A stretch of 64,000 bases of DNA from the human T2T-CHM13v2.0 reference genome, Homo sapiens. Every line of letters begins with the position of its first letter. Position 1 is the stretch's first letter. A program made the position numbers and the translations under genes. Shown here in pieces: positions 28,251 to 41,878 of the stretch. The stretch lies in assembly GCF_009914755.1 (NCBI RefSeq), contig NC_060936.1. One strand, 5' to 3'. The notes beneath the pieces are model-generated. The model was not told the DNA's origin. It did not search any database and worked only from the letters and a program-made list of their open reading frames with translations.

Positions 28251-29659
28251 TCAATTCTTGGGTGTAAATGAAAGAGATGATTACAGTCAATGTGAATGTG
28301 GATTTAAGGGGTTTTTTTTTTCTCTGTTTTCTTATTTTTTCTTTTTAAATTCAAAACTAAAGCATGGTTAAATGATAAGAAAGTCTTAGTGGAGGAAATA
28401 AGGAGGAGGTGATCGGATACAAGGCAGAGATGGTGAGATTAGCCTTGCACATGTGAGAAATAGTCAATTTTTTCCCAGAGAGACAGAGACAAAGATGGTA
28501 GATCAATTTAGCTTACTTTGCAACACCTCACATAACCAAAATAAAAATAATATATATTTTTGATAATGATAGCTGCATTATGTACAAATTAGAACAGAAA
28601 TAGAACTTAAGATCTGTCTTTAATAGAGGACAAGAAAATAAAAAAGTAAATGTGTAAATGTTCAGATGGTATAAGACATACAGAGCAGCAATTTAGTGGA
28701 AAACAACTTCGATCAAGAGAGTCTAGTTAACCTTCCAAAGCTAATAGGTATTTGCATGTTTAATCACAGATGGTGTATACAAATTAGGGCCAGAACATGC
28801 TGTTTCTAAATAGAAACACCTCAAGTCAGTTCCAGTCTTCTTCCTTAGAAGCCAAATGCACTTTCAGCCCAACTCCCTCATTAAAATTACTGTTTTTTCA
28901 AATATGTTCTTCCAAAAACTCATTGGCACAAAATGTGCATGTGTTTTATCTTCTCCTTTCCCTATATCAGTATTCTTAGAGTCCAGTTTTTTACCTAAAT
29001 AAATATATTTAAATCACATTGATTCTGATAGATTTGACTGTTTGTCTCAAATGGCATTTATTTATGATTTCCCATCTCAGTTTTACATTACTAGAAATGT
29101 TTGAACGACCACTCACTTAAAAAAGACCATTGCTTTTCCTAACCTTATAACTATTTAACTATGTTTTTTCCTCATGGACTACACCTTTTCTACTCTGACA
29201 AGTACAGTTTATATTCTTTAAGTTTCTTGGTGGCTTGTCTGAGTTTCTGGTCATATTTTATTTACAAATGTCCTTATATTTGTTGATAATTCATTTATGT
29301 TTAGTACAATTTTTATTTGTCTCTGCAACACTTTGAGTTTCTTCTTGGTATCTCTCCATAATCCTTCAACTTTTCTTTCAATGCTATACATTTTAAATTA
29401 TTAAAATATGACCTTAGTATATACACCAAGTTATCACAGTCTGTTCCATGTTTTTGTGTACCTTATTAAAATAAAATATATAAGTAAACAGATAAAAAAT
29501 AGTTTTTTTAGTATTAAAATGGTATTGCTTCAAAATGTTAGCCACTGTATTTGTGATTTCAACTGGTACCTACAAAAAATGGGACACAAATAAATAAGGG
29601 TTCAAATAGCTGGGTAAGAAGGAGAATAATGGAAGGAATATAGAAAGAGAGGACAGCAA

Positions 29660-29885
29660 TAATTATGATTAACATTTAAGTTCTGTATTGAGAATACTAT
29701 GTTCTTTACTTATTTGATTAATCTTCATAACCCTATAAAACAGGTACAATTATAATAACCATGTTAAAGTAGAAGTAAACTTGAGTTTTAGTGACTTGCC
29801 ACAAATCACACAGCTAGTAAATACTGGAGCTAATATTTGAATTCTGCTTGTCTGAATGTAGGAAAGATTTTTAAACACTAAACCA
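29660..29885 (-). mobile_element. MIR
   Basis: TTAATCTTCATAACCCTAT...AGTGACTTGCCACAAATCACACAGCTAGTAAAT...TTTGAA. Confidence 0.75.
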
Positions 29886-30368
29886 ATTTCTGGTCAGGGC
29901 TTGTTCTACAATTTGAATTTGAGTACTAGTTCTGTTGATTACTAGTTCCACTGATGACTAGTTCTATTGATAGAAACTTAAGGAATATATTTCTGAATTA
30001 CAGTTACCTCTGCTCCTATATTGGGATAATCTTTTTTGTATTAGGTATTGGAGTTTTTTTTTTTGTATTAGGTAAGTTTAATTGCTACTACAAAGAGACT
30101 CCAAGATCTCTAACCAAACAAGATACAGGGTTAAGTATACCTTGTGTGATGGCCTAGAGATGGGCAGTTGGTTCAGGAGTGGGAAGTTGATCTAACATGG
30201 AAGTAGTCCACCAGAGAGTCATAGAGGCTCAGATTTCTTTTGATTTATTATCACCTAGAATCTTTATTTCACATAAACGCATCCAAATTCTAGCCTATAC
30301 AATGGAGAAAAAAAGAGAAAATGAAAAGCAAGCAATCTCCTTATAAAATGCTATACTTAAGTACTTAA

Positions 30369-30700
<332 letters not shown>

Positions 30701-30852
30701 TGCAAATTAATTCTTTTACTCCATTGAGAGAAATAAGATATACAGCCTCACCTAGCTGTAAGAGAAACTGATAAAAAGGTAATTTTTAGATAGGTTGTTA
30801 GGGCCACCATGGAAATATGCCATTCAGATCTCCCTTAAGAGAAGATAGTAAA

Positions 30853-31438
30853 GTGGACGTCAGTGTGGCGATTCCTCAGGGATCTTGAACTAGAAATACC
30901 ATTTGACCCAGCCATCCCATTACTGGGTATATACCCAAAGGACTATAAATCATGCTGCTATAAAGACGCATGCACACATATGTTTATTGCGGCACTATTC
31001 ACAATAGCAAAGACTTGGAACCAACCCAAATGTCCAACAGTGATAGACTGGATTAAGAAAATGTGGCTCATATACACCATGGAATACTATGCAGCCATAA
31101 AAAATGATGAGTTCATGTCCTTTGTAGGGACATGGATGAAATTGGAAATCATCATTCTCAGTAAACTATCGCAAGAACAAAAAACCAAACACCGCATATT
31201 CTCACTCATAGGTGGGAATTGAACAATGAGAACACATGGACACAGGAAGGGGAACATCACACTCCGGGGACTGTTGTGGGGTGGGGGGAGGGGGGAGGGA
31301 TAGCATTGGGAGATATACGTAATGCTAGATGACGAGTCAGTGGGTGCAGCGCAGCAGCATGTCACATGTATACATATGTAACTAACCTGCACATTGTGCA
31401 CATGTACCCTAAAACTTAAAGTATAATAATAAAAAAAA
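30853..31438 (+). mobile_element. Young 5'-truncated L1 (L1PA2-like)
   Basis: Intact ORF2 C-terminus (WRFLRDLELEIPFDPAIPLLGIYPKDYKSCCYKD...SLIGGN). The 3'UTR has GAG at the ACA/ACG/GAG diagnostic site. TSD AAGAGAAGATAGTA at 30837-30850 and 31437-31450. Confidence 0.95.
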
Positions 31439-31597
31439 GAGAAGATAGTATAATAGGTGTAGTTGTCTGACTTTATCCAGTTAATTCACTGTAGCATTTC
31501 AGCCAAGGTTATGCTCTCTTTGGCCTGTACCGAGCTATTCACTGAGTTTGTTAGCATGCTAAAACATTTCTGCTCAACTTGCAACTTCAATAACAGG

Positions 31598-31776
31598 CAT
31601 TTCTTTTCCTTCCTTCCTTCCTTCTTTCCTTCCTTCCTTTCTTCCTTCCTTCCTTCCTTCCTTCCTTCCTTCCTTCCTTCCTTCCTTCCTCTCTCCCTCC
31701 CTCCCTCCCTCCCTTCCTTCCTTTCTTTCTTTCTTCCTTTCTTCCTTTCTTTCTTCCTTCCTCTTTTTTTTTTTTC
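31598..31776. repeat. (CCTT)n/(CT)-rich polypyrimidine microsatellite
   Basis: Seen directly in the sequence. Confidence 0.95.
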
Positions 31777-32639
31777 TGGAACTGCTTATTGGTTTGGCAT
31801 ATACTTTCTCAAAGCTATACTAAATTCCAAGACTCTTATTACCCAATCAACTTACCTCTATTTGTCCTTTCACAGATATTACACTGTATCGTGGTCAGAA
31901 AGTGCTCCTTGCCAACTTTTGACACTTTTCTACTTAACCTGGAAGTTAAATCTCTTTTACATCAAATTCTGCCCTGGCATTTGCTTTCCAGAGGATCCAA
32001 AAGGACATAGATGGTCATATGCCCGATTAAAACTTTAGAGGCTCTGTCAAAAAAGGGGACACTTAAAATAGATTTCAGACAGTTAACTGTCCCTGTAATC
32101 ATCTGCAATTCTGTTCCAACAAGTATCCATGCAGATCAGTCTTCCCTTACATAAAACACATTGACTTTCTCTACAATGAAGAAAATCCAAATTTCTAAGC
32201 AATTGCTTTATCCAGTTCAAAATCCAGTATCTCTAAGTAATGCAATTTCTCTTCCATTTAATTGGTATGTAATCCTGAAAAACTGATGTATACATAAAAA
32301 ATAAATTACCTTCTCACACTGAATATACAATGGTGGAATTGGACCTCGTTCAATCCAATAAACACTACCATTTGGAAAAAGGAAGAATTTGAGCATGTTC
32401 AGTTATCAATTTTGAATAGGCAGGAATCAAGGAGAATCCTGTTCTGTCTGTAAAGTAAGTTATTTGGTTAGCCCATCTGGTTGTACCTGGTTCTCTCTGG
32501 AAGTTACTTTCCTGTGCCTTGTTCTTTATGTCTCTTGGTTTTGCTCTTGGAGATGTAGTTTCTTAGTGATTTAGGGTAGATAGTGTTAGTGTTCAATATT
32601 AGCAAGTTGCTTCCTACTTACAAGCGTAGGAATGAATTG

Positions 32640-32902
32640 GTCTCACATGCCATTGTAAAGATAACTATGATCATATGACTTGTGTTGGCCAATAAAATAT
32701 ATGAAAGCACCTTTGTGATGGTATAATCGTATGTTAATATGGGGGTACAAAAGTATAATGCTAAATTATAGAGGCCATCAGCCCAGGAAAGAGGCTTGAA
32801 CTCACCTCAGACATTGTAGGCTCGAGAAATAAAACTTTCTGAAGTCTTATGCCATAGAGATTTTGATTATGCAGCAAAACACAGTCTACATTGACTGATA
32901 CA
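32640..32902 (+). mobile_element. MLT1-type LTR fragment
   Basis: CATATGACTTGTGTTGGCCAATAAAAT...GAGAAATAAAACTTT...GCAGCAAAAC...TGACTGATACA. Confidence 0.55.
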
Positions 32903-33602
32903 TAATTTTTCTTCACAACCACACTGAAATGCATATTGGAACATGTGCCTTTTCCAGGGGGTGGTGAGCTTTTGAAATCTACTTCCTGCTACAGCAAGTT
33001 TGAGAGTCCAGGAGCTTTTATAGAAATGAAACAATCACAGGTATTTATGTAATTTAGGCTTGTTTCTCTGGCAAGAAAATTATATAGTGGGTTTCTAGTA
33101 TAATTGCTTCCAGAAAAATTCCACTTTTGAGTAACCAAACCTAAAGATCTCTTCTTGACATCATAGTTAAGCTTGTGGATTCTTTTTTGTTTACTGGCTT
33201 CTGTGTGTGAGTCATCTGTTGCCCACCGGCTTTAATGAAGTCACGCAAAGCAATAAGTCACCCAAAACACCTCTCTTTAATGAATTTTTGCCATGGGTCT
33301 AAATCACAAGATCTGGCTGAAATGCTTAAGGAGAGGCCTCAGAGAAAATCTCTGAATAAGAATAATATCTCCTGCTATTTATAATTGAGTAGCTTTTCCA
33401 AACCTCTGAGAGACCTCAAATTATTGGATTCTCACCCATTTCGCCTGTTGCTATAGGCTTGGTGAGCATGTGGTCTGCCTTCAAGTTTATCACACAATAA
33501 TTTAACCAAATGTTTTGCAATTGCATAATGAGGGTCACCAACTTTTCAGCCTGCCAAACTATCTGCCTCTGAAGTTTTAAGCCAGCACCACATAGTTCAG
33601 AG

Positions 33603-33603
33603 G

Positions 33604-33636
<33 letters not shown>
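33603..33636. repeat. (TG)n microsatellite
   Basis: Seen directly in the sequence. Confidence 0.95.
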
Positions 33637-34877
33637 TAATGGTGGCTAAGATTCCTCAGTGTTTTTAGCATATATATCACTGAAAAGAAGAAGTCTGAAG
33701 ATAAAGTGATTTAAACTAGGTTAGGATTTATTTTTTTCTCAGCTGTGAAGAAATAAGTAAGGGATTGAGAGAATCTGTAGTCTCTTCTATAGAACCATTC
33801 AGGGATCCAGCTTCTTTCCCTTTTTTTTTTTTTTTTTTTTGTCATCCTCTCTTGTTGTCACTTATGTGGTCATTGCTCTTACAACACCATGATCTAGTTT
33901 CAGCACTTGGAAAGAATGGAAGAGAAATACAGGGAGAGTGGTTTTCTTGTGCAAAAAAAAAAAAAAAAAGATATGGAAATTGTGAGCATCACTTATCAAC
34001 ATGTTCACATCCAGCTGTAATAAATATATTTATTAGCAAAGTGATGAGTTTTCATCTATAATTAAACCCTTGAGGGTAAGGAAAACATCCTTTCTAAAAG
34101 GAGAGAGAAATAATCTGTAGAGGGAAACAATTAACAGCTGTTACGAAAATATTTGTAAAGCACCTGGCATAGTAGCTGACAAATAATGGTTATTTAATGT
34201 CTCTTTTATTGTTTCCTATCCTGTTGCTTAATAATTTGGATTGAGACCAAGCAAAAGACCATCTAGACCTGACTTAGCAGCTTTGCTATAGTTCTATGGT
34301 TGAATAACTTCTTGTTCTGTTTATACTATACATAGTACTTTAGGTATATTTAAAAGAGAATTACCTAAATTTGAGGTTTACACAGGTAAAGACATAATAA
34401 AGCCTGCTAGTGGTATAATACTCTGGTACTCCTAATTAACACTCTACTGATATTCATGGAATCTCTAACAAATAATAGGTCCTCTGATGAACACAGTGTG
34501 CAGTTACAGTCCTTTTTGCTAAGAATATGAGACATGTTTAAATTATTTCATGCAAGGATAACAAGGATATTTTTATATTCTCTAAAGATTTCAGGGCCCA
34601 TCAATCTGAGAATGAATCGTAGCATTGGGACAATAAAATCTGCCATCTGTGTCAAATATATTTTTTCCAAGGAGTATTCCAAACTATACAGTGTACTGGG
34701 TTTTCAAAATAAATATTTAAATTCCTATTTAGACAAAAAAGTAAAAAGCTCTTTATAAAATATTACAGGTAATATATTGTAACTTTCATTTAATATGCCA
34801 TCATAAGTTGGTAGATCATGTTATATACATGCATTTTAATATCCCACTCTTTTTCTGCCATGATCCAGAAGAATTAC

Positions 34878-35009
34878 TATATATATACACACACACACAT
34901 ATATACACACACATATATATCAATAAGAGGATAAGTATATATCCTCTTACTCCATATAGGTATAGAGTAAGAGGGTATATACTTATCCTCTTATCCATAT
35001 ATATATGGA

Positions 35010-35058
<49 letters not shown>

Positions 35059-35095
35059 TGCTCCATATATGTATATATGTATATATGGAGTAACA
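34878..35095. repeat. AT-rich nested inverted repeat with (TA)n
   Basis: 30-bp arms at 34923-34952 and 34965-34994 with one mismatch; (TA)n at 35020-35056. Confidence 0.9.
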
Positions 35096-35411
35096 GGTTA
35101 AGTATATTTCAGAATAGAATTTAGAAATTCAAATTAAATATTTTTAAAATATGAGTACCTTTTAAAATGCAAATTCAAATTATTTGAATGTAGCTGTATC
35201 CCATGAATATTCCAATATTTATTAGAATGGAAAAATTAACCTACAGAAAGATAAGTCTACAGATATTGTTGATGCAATACTCTATATAATAATTGCACTG
35301 GTCAAGCTTTGTTTGGTAATAAACAACCCCAAACTTGCATTTATAAAATTAAGCATTTATTTCATGCACATAATGCTGCAGGACAGCTTTGACTGTACCT
35401 AGCTCTACTGG

Positions 35412-35705
35412 GCTGCTGATAAAGACATACCCAAGACCGGGCAATTTACAAAAGAAATAAGTTTAATGTACTCATAGTTCCACGTGGCTGGGGAGGCCTC
35501 ACAATCATGATAGAAGGTAAAAGTCACGTCTCACATGGTGGCACACAAGAGAAGAATGAGAGCCAAGAGAAAGGAGCTTATAAAACTGTCAGATCTTCTG
35601 TGACTTATTCATTACCAGGAGAACAGTATGGGGGAAACCGCCCCCATGATTCAGTTATCTCCCACTGGGTCCCTCCCACAATACAATGGAATTATGGGAG
35701 CTACA
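35412..35705 (-). mobile_element. THE1B-like LTR lacking both termini
   Basis: GCTGCTGATAAAGACATACCCAAGAC...GGGAGGCCTCACAATCATG...ATTATGGGAGCTACA. Confidence 0.88.
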
Positions 35706-36926
35706 TTATTATATTTTTGCTTATAGTCCATTGTTCAAACAAAGCAAGCCACAAAACCGAGGCACAAGTCAAAGGAAATGAGGAGGAAAGGGATTATATT
35801 CAACTCTTTACTGAGAAGCACTGCAAAGTCACATGGCTACAGACTTTTATATATTAAACATTTATTGCTATTACAAAGAGAGAGTAAAAATTTGAGAATA
35901 ACTTAACAGGCAACAATTTCCCCCCAAATAGAATAATTTAGAGGCAAAGATACAAATTAAGTAATTATCGTGATATGATTAAATACTATAGAATTATAAA
36001 TGATGTTTTAATTGAGATAATGATCACAATGTTATAAAGTGAAAAAGATTACAATTTATTATGTAATTAATTTCTCAATTTTTTAAAGAAAATTATGTAT
36101 GTATGTGAATATACCTACATACATGTACATATAGTTATTTAAAATACTGACATTTTAATAAATTTTGACAACATGACATTATATGGAATGTTTATTTTCT
36201 TCTTTGTGCCCTTTTACACTATAGTTCAAACTTCTATAAATTTCAAATTTCAAAAATAAAAATTTCTTTGCAAATAAAAACAATGCCATTACATTGAAAT
36301 TATATTTTATTCACCTGCTTTAATTTCCAACTTTCCAGTATCTTGAGTTCATAACTAATAATAATTTAAATTAATACATTAAATTAAATTATTAAATTAA
36401 AAAGTAGGAAGTAATAGTAGTTTACAGGGTCATTTTGCAGAGAAACATTAATTCATCAAGTGAACATCACTAGTGCCAACTCAGCTCAACACTGTGCCAG
36501 ATGCTATAATAAGAAAGAAAGGATGAGTAAGATAGCATCTCCTGCCAAGGATTCAGACTAATCAAAATAACGAATGTTAAGTAGGTAATTAGGGATCCTG
36601 TTTCAATATTTTGAACTGAATTTATCTGGTTTCCTAATTAAAATTATTGTGAAAGACATATAAACTCAAATCAATAAACACAACAGCAGTGGGGGACCAT
36701 TAGTAGAAAGATGGTTGTTGCAAAATCTGGAAGAAAAAGAACTGATTGTGTAGGCTGATAATACAGGTTACTGGAAGCCATAGACTAGGACATGCTCTGA
36801 AAGGGTTGATGCAAGAAAAAAGAGGTTATTTATCAGTTATGAATTTCACAGCATTTCTTGACTAAGAGATAGAGGCCATGATATAAAAGGCAGAACACCT
36901 GTCAGCACCACCCCAACATTTATGCA

Positions 36927-36988
36927 CACAGGAAGAATAGAAGGCAAGCTTCTACCTCACAGGAAGAATAGAAGGCAAGCTTCTACCT
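36927..36988. repeat. Perfect 31-bp tandem duplication
   Basis: CACAGGAAGAATAGAAGGCAAGCTTCTACCT occurs twice in tandem. Confidence 0.95.
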
Positions 36989-37188
36989 CTTAGATAAATA
37001 CACACAAACAATTGGGATTACATGATTGGGAAGGACTAGGGTGGAATTATAGCCCAGGATGAAGCATCTGAATTTTGGTATTTGAGAAAGCTCAATATGA
37101 TGAAAGACTCTTCACCAACTCATCCTAGAATGAAGTATAACGGTTGGCAATGTCCACTCAAGAATGAAGAACACAAAGTACAGAGTAG

Positions 37189-37806
<618 letters not shown>

Positions 37807-40553
37807 ACAAGCTTGATTCTTAAATTTAAAACAATTAATGATTTCTGAAAAACTTGACAAAAAACTGTAACATGAAAATGAAATATCAAACAAAACAAAA
37901 CTGATACTAGAGAAACTATACAATATTCAGAGAACTGAAGAAAACAGAAATTAAAAAGAAAGCCTAAAACTTACAACCAAAACAGACTAAAGAAGTTAAC
38001 AGGTATTTATGCAATCCAGGATCCCGAAATTGCAACTAAAACAATTGCAGTAAAAAGATAATAGAGAAAACTGAACATTCAGAAGGCAGTATCAAAAACA
38101 ATTCAAGAACATTTCTTAAAGTAAAAGTCATCTTCGTATAAAATGGTTTATCCATAATAATGGCTAAAAAATAAATTGAACTTAGATGCATTAGCATTGC
38201 ATTTCACATTATTTATAGAAAATTCTTAAAGTCTAAATTTTTCATTTTACATTTCACAAGAAATAAACTATTTCTTCTCTTTGAAATATTGACTTATTAT
38301 GAAGATAACTAGGTCAGCAGTAATAATAATTATAACTGAAATAAACATTTTCTTTCAAATTTTATTGAAATGTTTCAGATTTCATTCACTGTTTGTACAT
38401 TACCAAGTTAATTCCAGATTTACACAGGGCAGGAGAGTCCATTTATTTTAATTAATCACTGTGCTTTAAAAACTTGTTCTTTATCTGTAAAGTTAATAAA
38501 CGCATTGGTGAAATAGATGAAGAGGAAGTCTGCCTAGTTTCAGCAAAAAATTGAAGATACTGTTTGAACAAATTGGCATTTCTGAAAATTTTGCATCTAT
38601 GCTGTGCTTTCTTTTAATAAAATTCTTGTTTTCAAAGGCATTTTACATTTAAAATTATATTCATGAATATGACCATCATTACAATTTCTATTGTAAATTG
38701 TAGATTGCTTGAAGGGTTTCATTATAATTTTTCAGAAAATATATAGGCATAAATTACCATATATCTAGTGCTTATTTTTGCTAGGTACTGTATTAGATCT
38801 GAATAAATACAAATATAAACTAGCTATTATATGAGAGACCATAGAAAAATTACATGATTTTAAATTTGGTTTCAGATCTATTAAAATTTAATTAAAAATA
38901 TGTAACACACAAGTCAATTTATTTGGGCCCATTAAAATGCAATGTAATAAAATTACAAAAATTTCTAGGCTAAATGAAACAGCTACCTCCAAATGGAATG
39001 AGGTGCTTTGAGAGATAATAATCTGTACAGAAAAGGAGAGATAATGAGTTCTATCTTAATATTATGAAGAGTTTCTGATATACCAACCTCATACATACGA
39101 GGTAAGATCTTGCTCATATTGATGTGCTTTTTATTGAATTCATCATAAAAATGATTCAAAACAATGGCTTTTCTATTTGTTTAGTGGTTTTTAAAATTTG
39201 TTTTTGAAACACAAGCAATAATACATTACCTACCCAAAGGCCACACACCTGCAACCATATGACCTTTGACAAAACTGACAAAAACAAGCAATGGGTAAAG
39301 GACCCCCTATTCAATAAATGGTGCTGGGATAGCTGGCTAGCCATATGCAGAAGACTGAAACTTGACCCCTTCCTTATACCACGTATAAAAATGAAGTCAA
39401 GATAATTAAAGACTTAAATATAAAACCCAAAACTATAAAAACCCTGAAAGACAATCTAGACAATACCATTCTGAACATATGAATGAACAAAGATTTTATG
39501 ATGAAGGCACCAAAAGCATTTGCAACAAAAGTAAATTTGACAAATGGTATCTAATTAAACTTAAGAGCTTCTGCCCAGCAAAAGAAACTATCAACATGGT
39601 AAATGGACAATCTACAGAATGAGAGAAAAATTTTGCAAACTATGCATCTGAGAAAGGTCTGATATCCAGCATCTATAAGAAACTTAAATGTATAAGAAAA
39701 AAATATCAAACAACTCCTTTAGTAAGTTGGTGAATTACATGAATAGACAGTTTGTTTTTGTCAGGTGACATAATTTATTCAGCACCTACTGGGATAAGGT
39801 AGCTATATTAAACAAATAAAGATTAAACAATGAATATACATGTAATCATAGAACTGATGAATTCTTTGAAAGCATTTTACCTAACAATGTTCTCCTTGCT
39901 ATAATATTTAGTTTGTATTTTTTTAACTTTCAAGTTCAGGGTTACAAGTGCAGGTTTATTACATAGGTAAACTTGTGTTGTGGAGCTTTGTTGTACAGAT
40001 TATTTCATCACCCAGGTATTAAGCCATTAGTTGTTTTTTCCTGATCCTCTCCCTCCTCCCAACCTCCAATCTTCAATAGGACCAATAGGTGTTGTTCCTC
40101 AGTATGTGTCCTTGCATTCTGATCATTGAGCTCTCACTTATAAGTGAGAACATGCAGTATTTAGTTTTCTGTTCCTGTGTTAATTTACTAAGGATAATGA
40201 CCTCCAGCTCCATCTATGTCCTTGCAAAGGAAAAGTTCTTGTTCTCTTTTTATGGCTGCATGGTATTCCATAGGATATATGTGCCAATTTTTCTTTATCC
40301 AGTCTGTCACTGATGGACATTTAGGCTGATTTCATGTCTTTGCTATTGGGAATAGTGCTACAATGAACATATGTGTGCATATGTCTTTATAGTAGAATGA
40401 TTTATCTTCCTTTGGGTATATACCCAGTAATCAGATGGCTGGCTCAAATGGTATTTCTGTCTGTAGGTCATTGAAAAACCTCCACACTGCTTTCCACAAT
40501 GGTTTAACTAATTTACACTCCCACCAGCAGTATATAAGCCTTCCTTTTTCTTT

Positions 40554-41685
<1,132 letters not shown>

Positions 41686-41751
41686 TGATGTCAAGCCTTT
41701 TTTTTTTCATATTGTTGGTCGCACGTATGTCTTCTTTTGAAAAATGCCTTT

Positions 41752-41878
41752 AGGAGATATACCTAGTGTAAATGACGAGTTAATGGGTGCAGCACACCAA
41801 CATGGCACATGTATACATATGTAACAAACCTGCATGTTGTGCACATGTACCCTAAAACTTAAAGTATAATTAAAAAAA
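41752..41878 (+). mobile_element. L1 element D, ~125-bp L1PA3-5-like 3' tip
   Basis: AGGAGATATACCT...AATGACGAGTTAATGGGTGCAGCACACC...AAAGTATAAT plus A-tail. TSD TGAAAA(A/G)TGCCTTT at 41738-41751 and 41879-41892. Confidence 0.92.

Larger units (their letters stand above)
30796..32010 (+). mobile_element. ERVL-type LTR (LTR16-like) interrupted by L1PA2 and (CCTT)n
   Basis: Starts with ATGCCATTCAGATCTCCCTTAAG and ends with GGCATTTGCTTTCCAGAGGATCCAA. Confidence 0.4.

Noticed and set aside
30863-31222. 119-aa ORF with clear protein homology
   Set aside because: C-terminus of L1 ORF2 in a 5'-truncated copy with no promoter.
31463-32038. 191-aa ORF
   Set aside because: Its length comes from the stop-free (CCTT)n tract (LPSF repeats).
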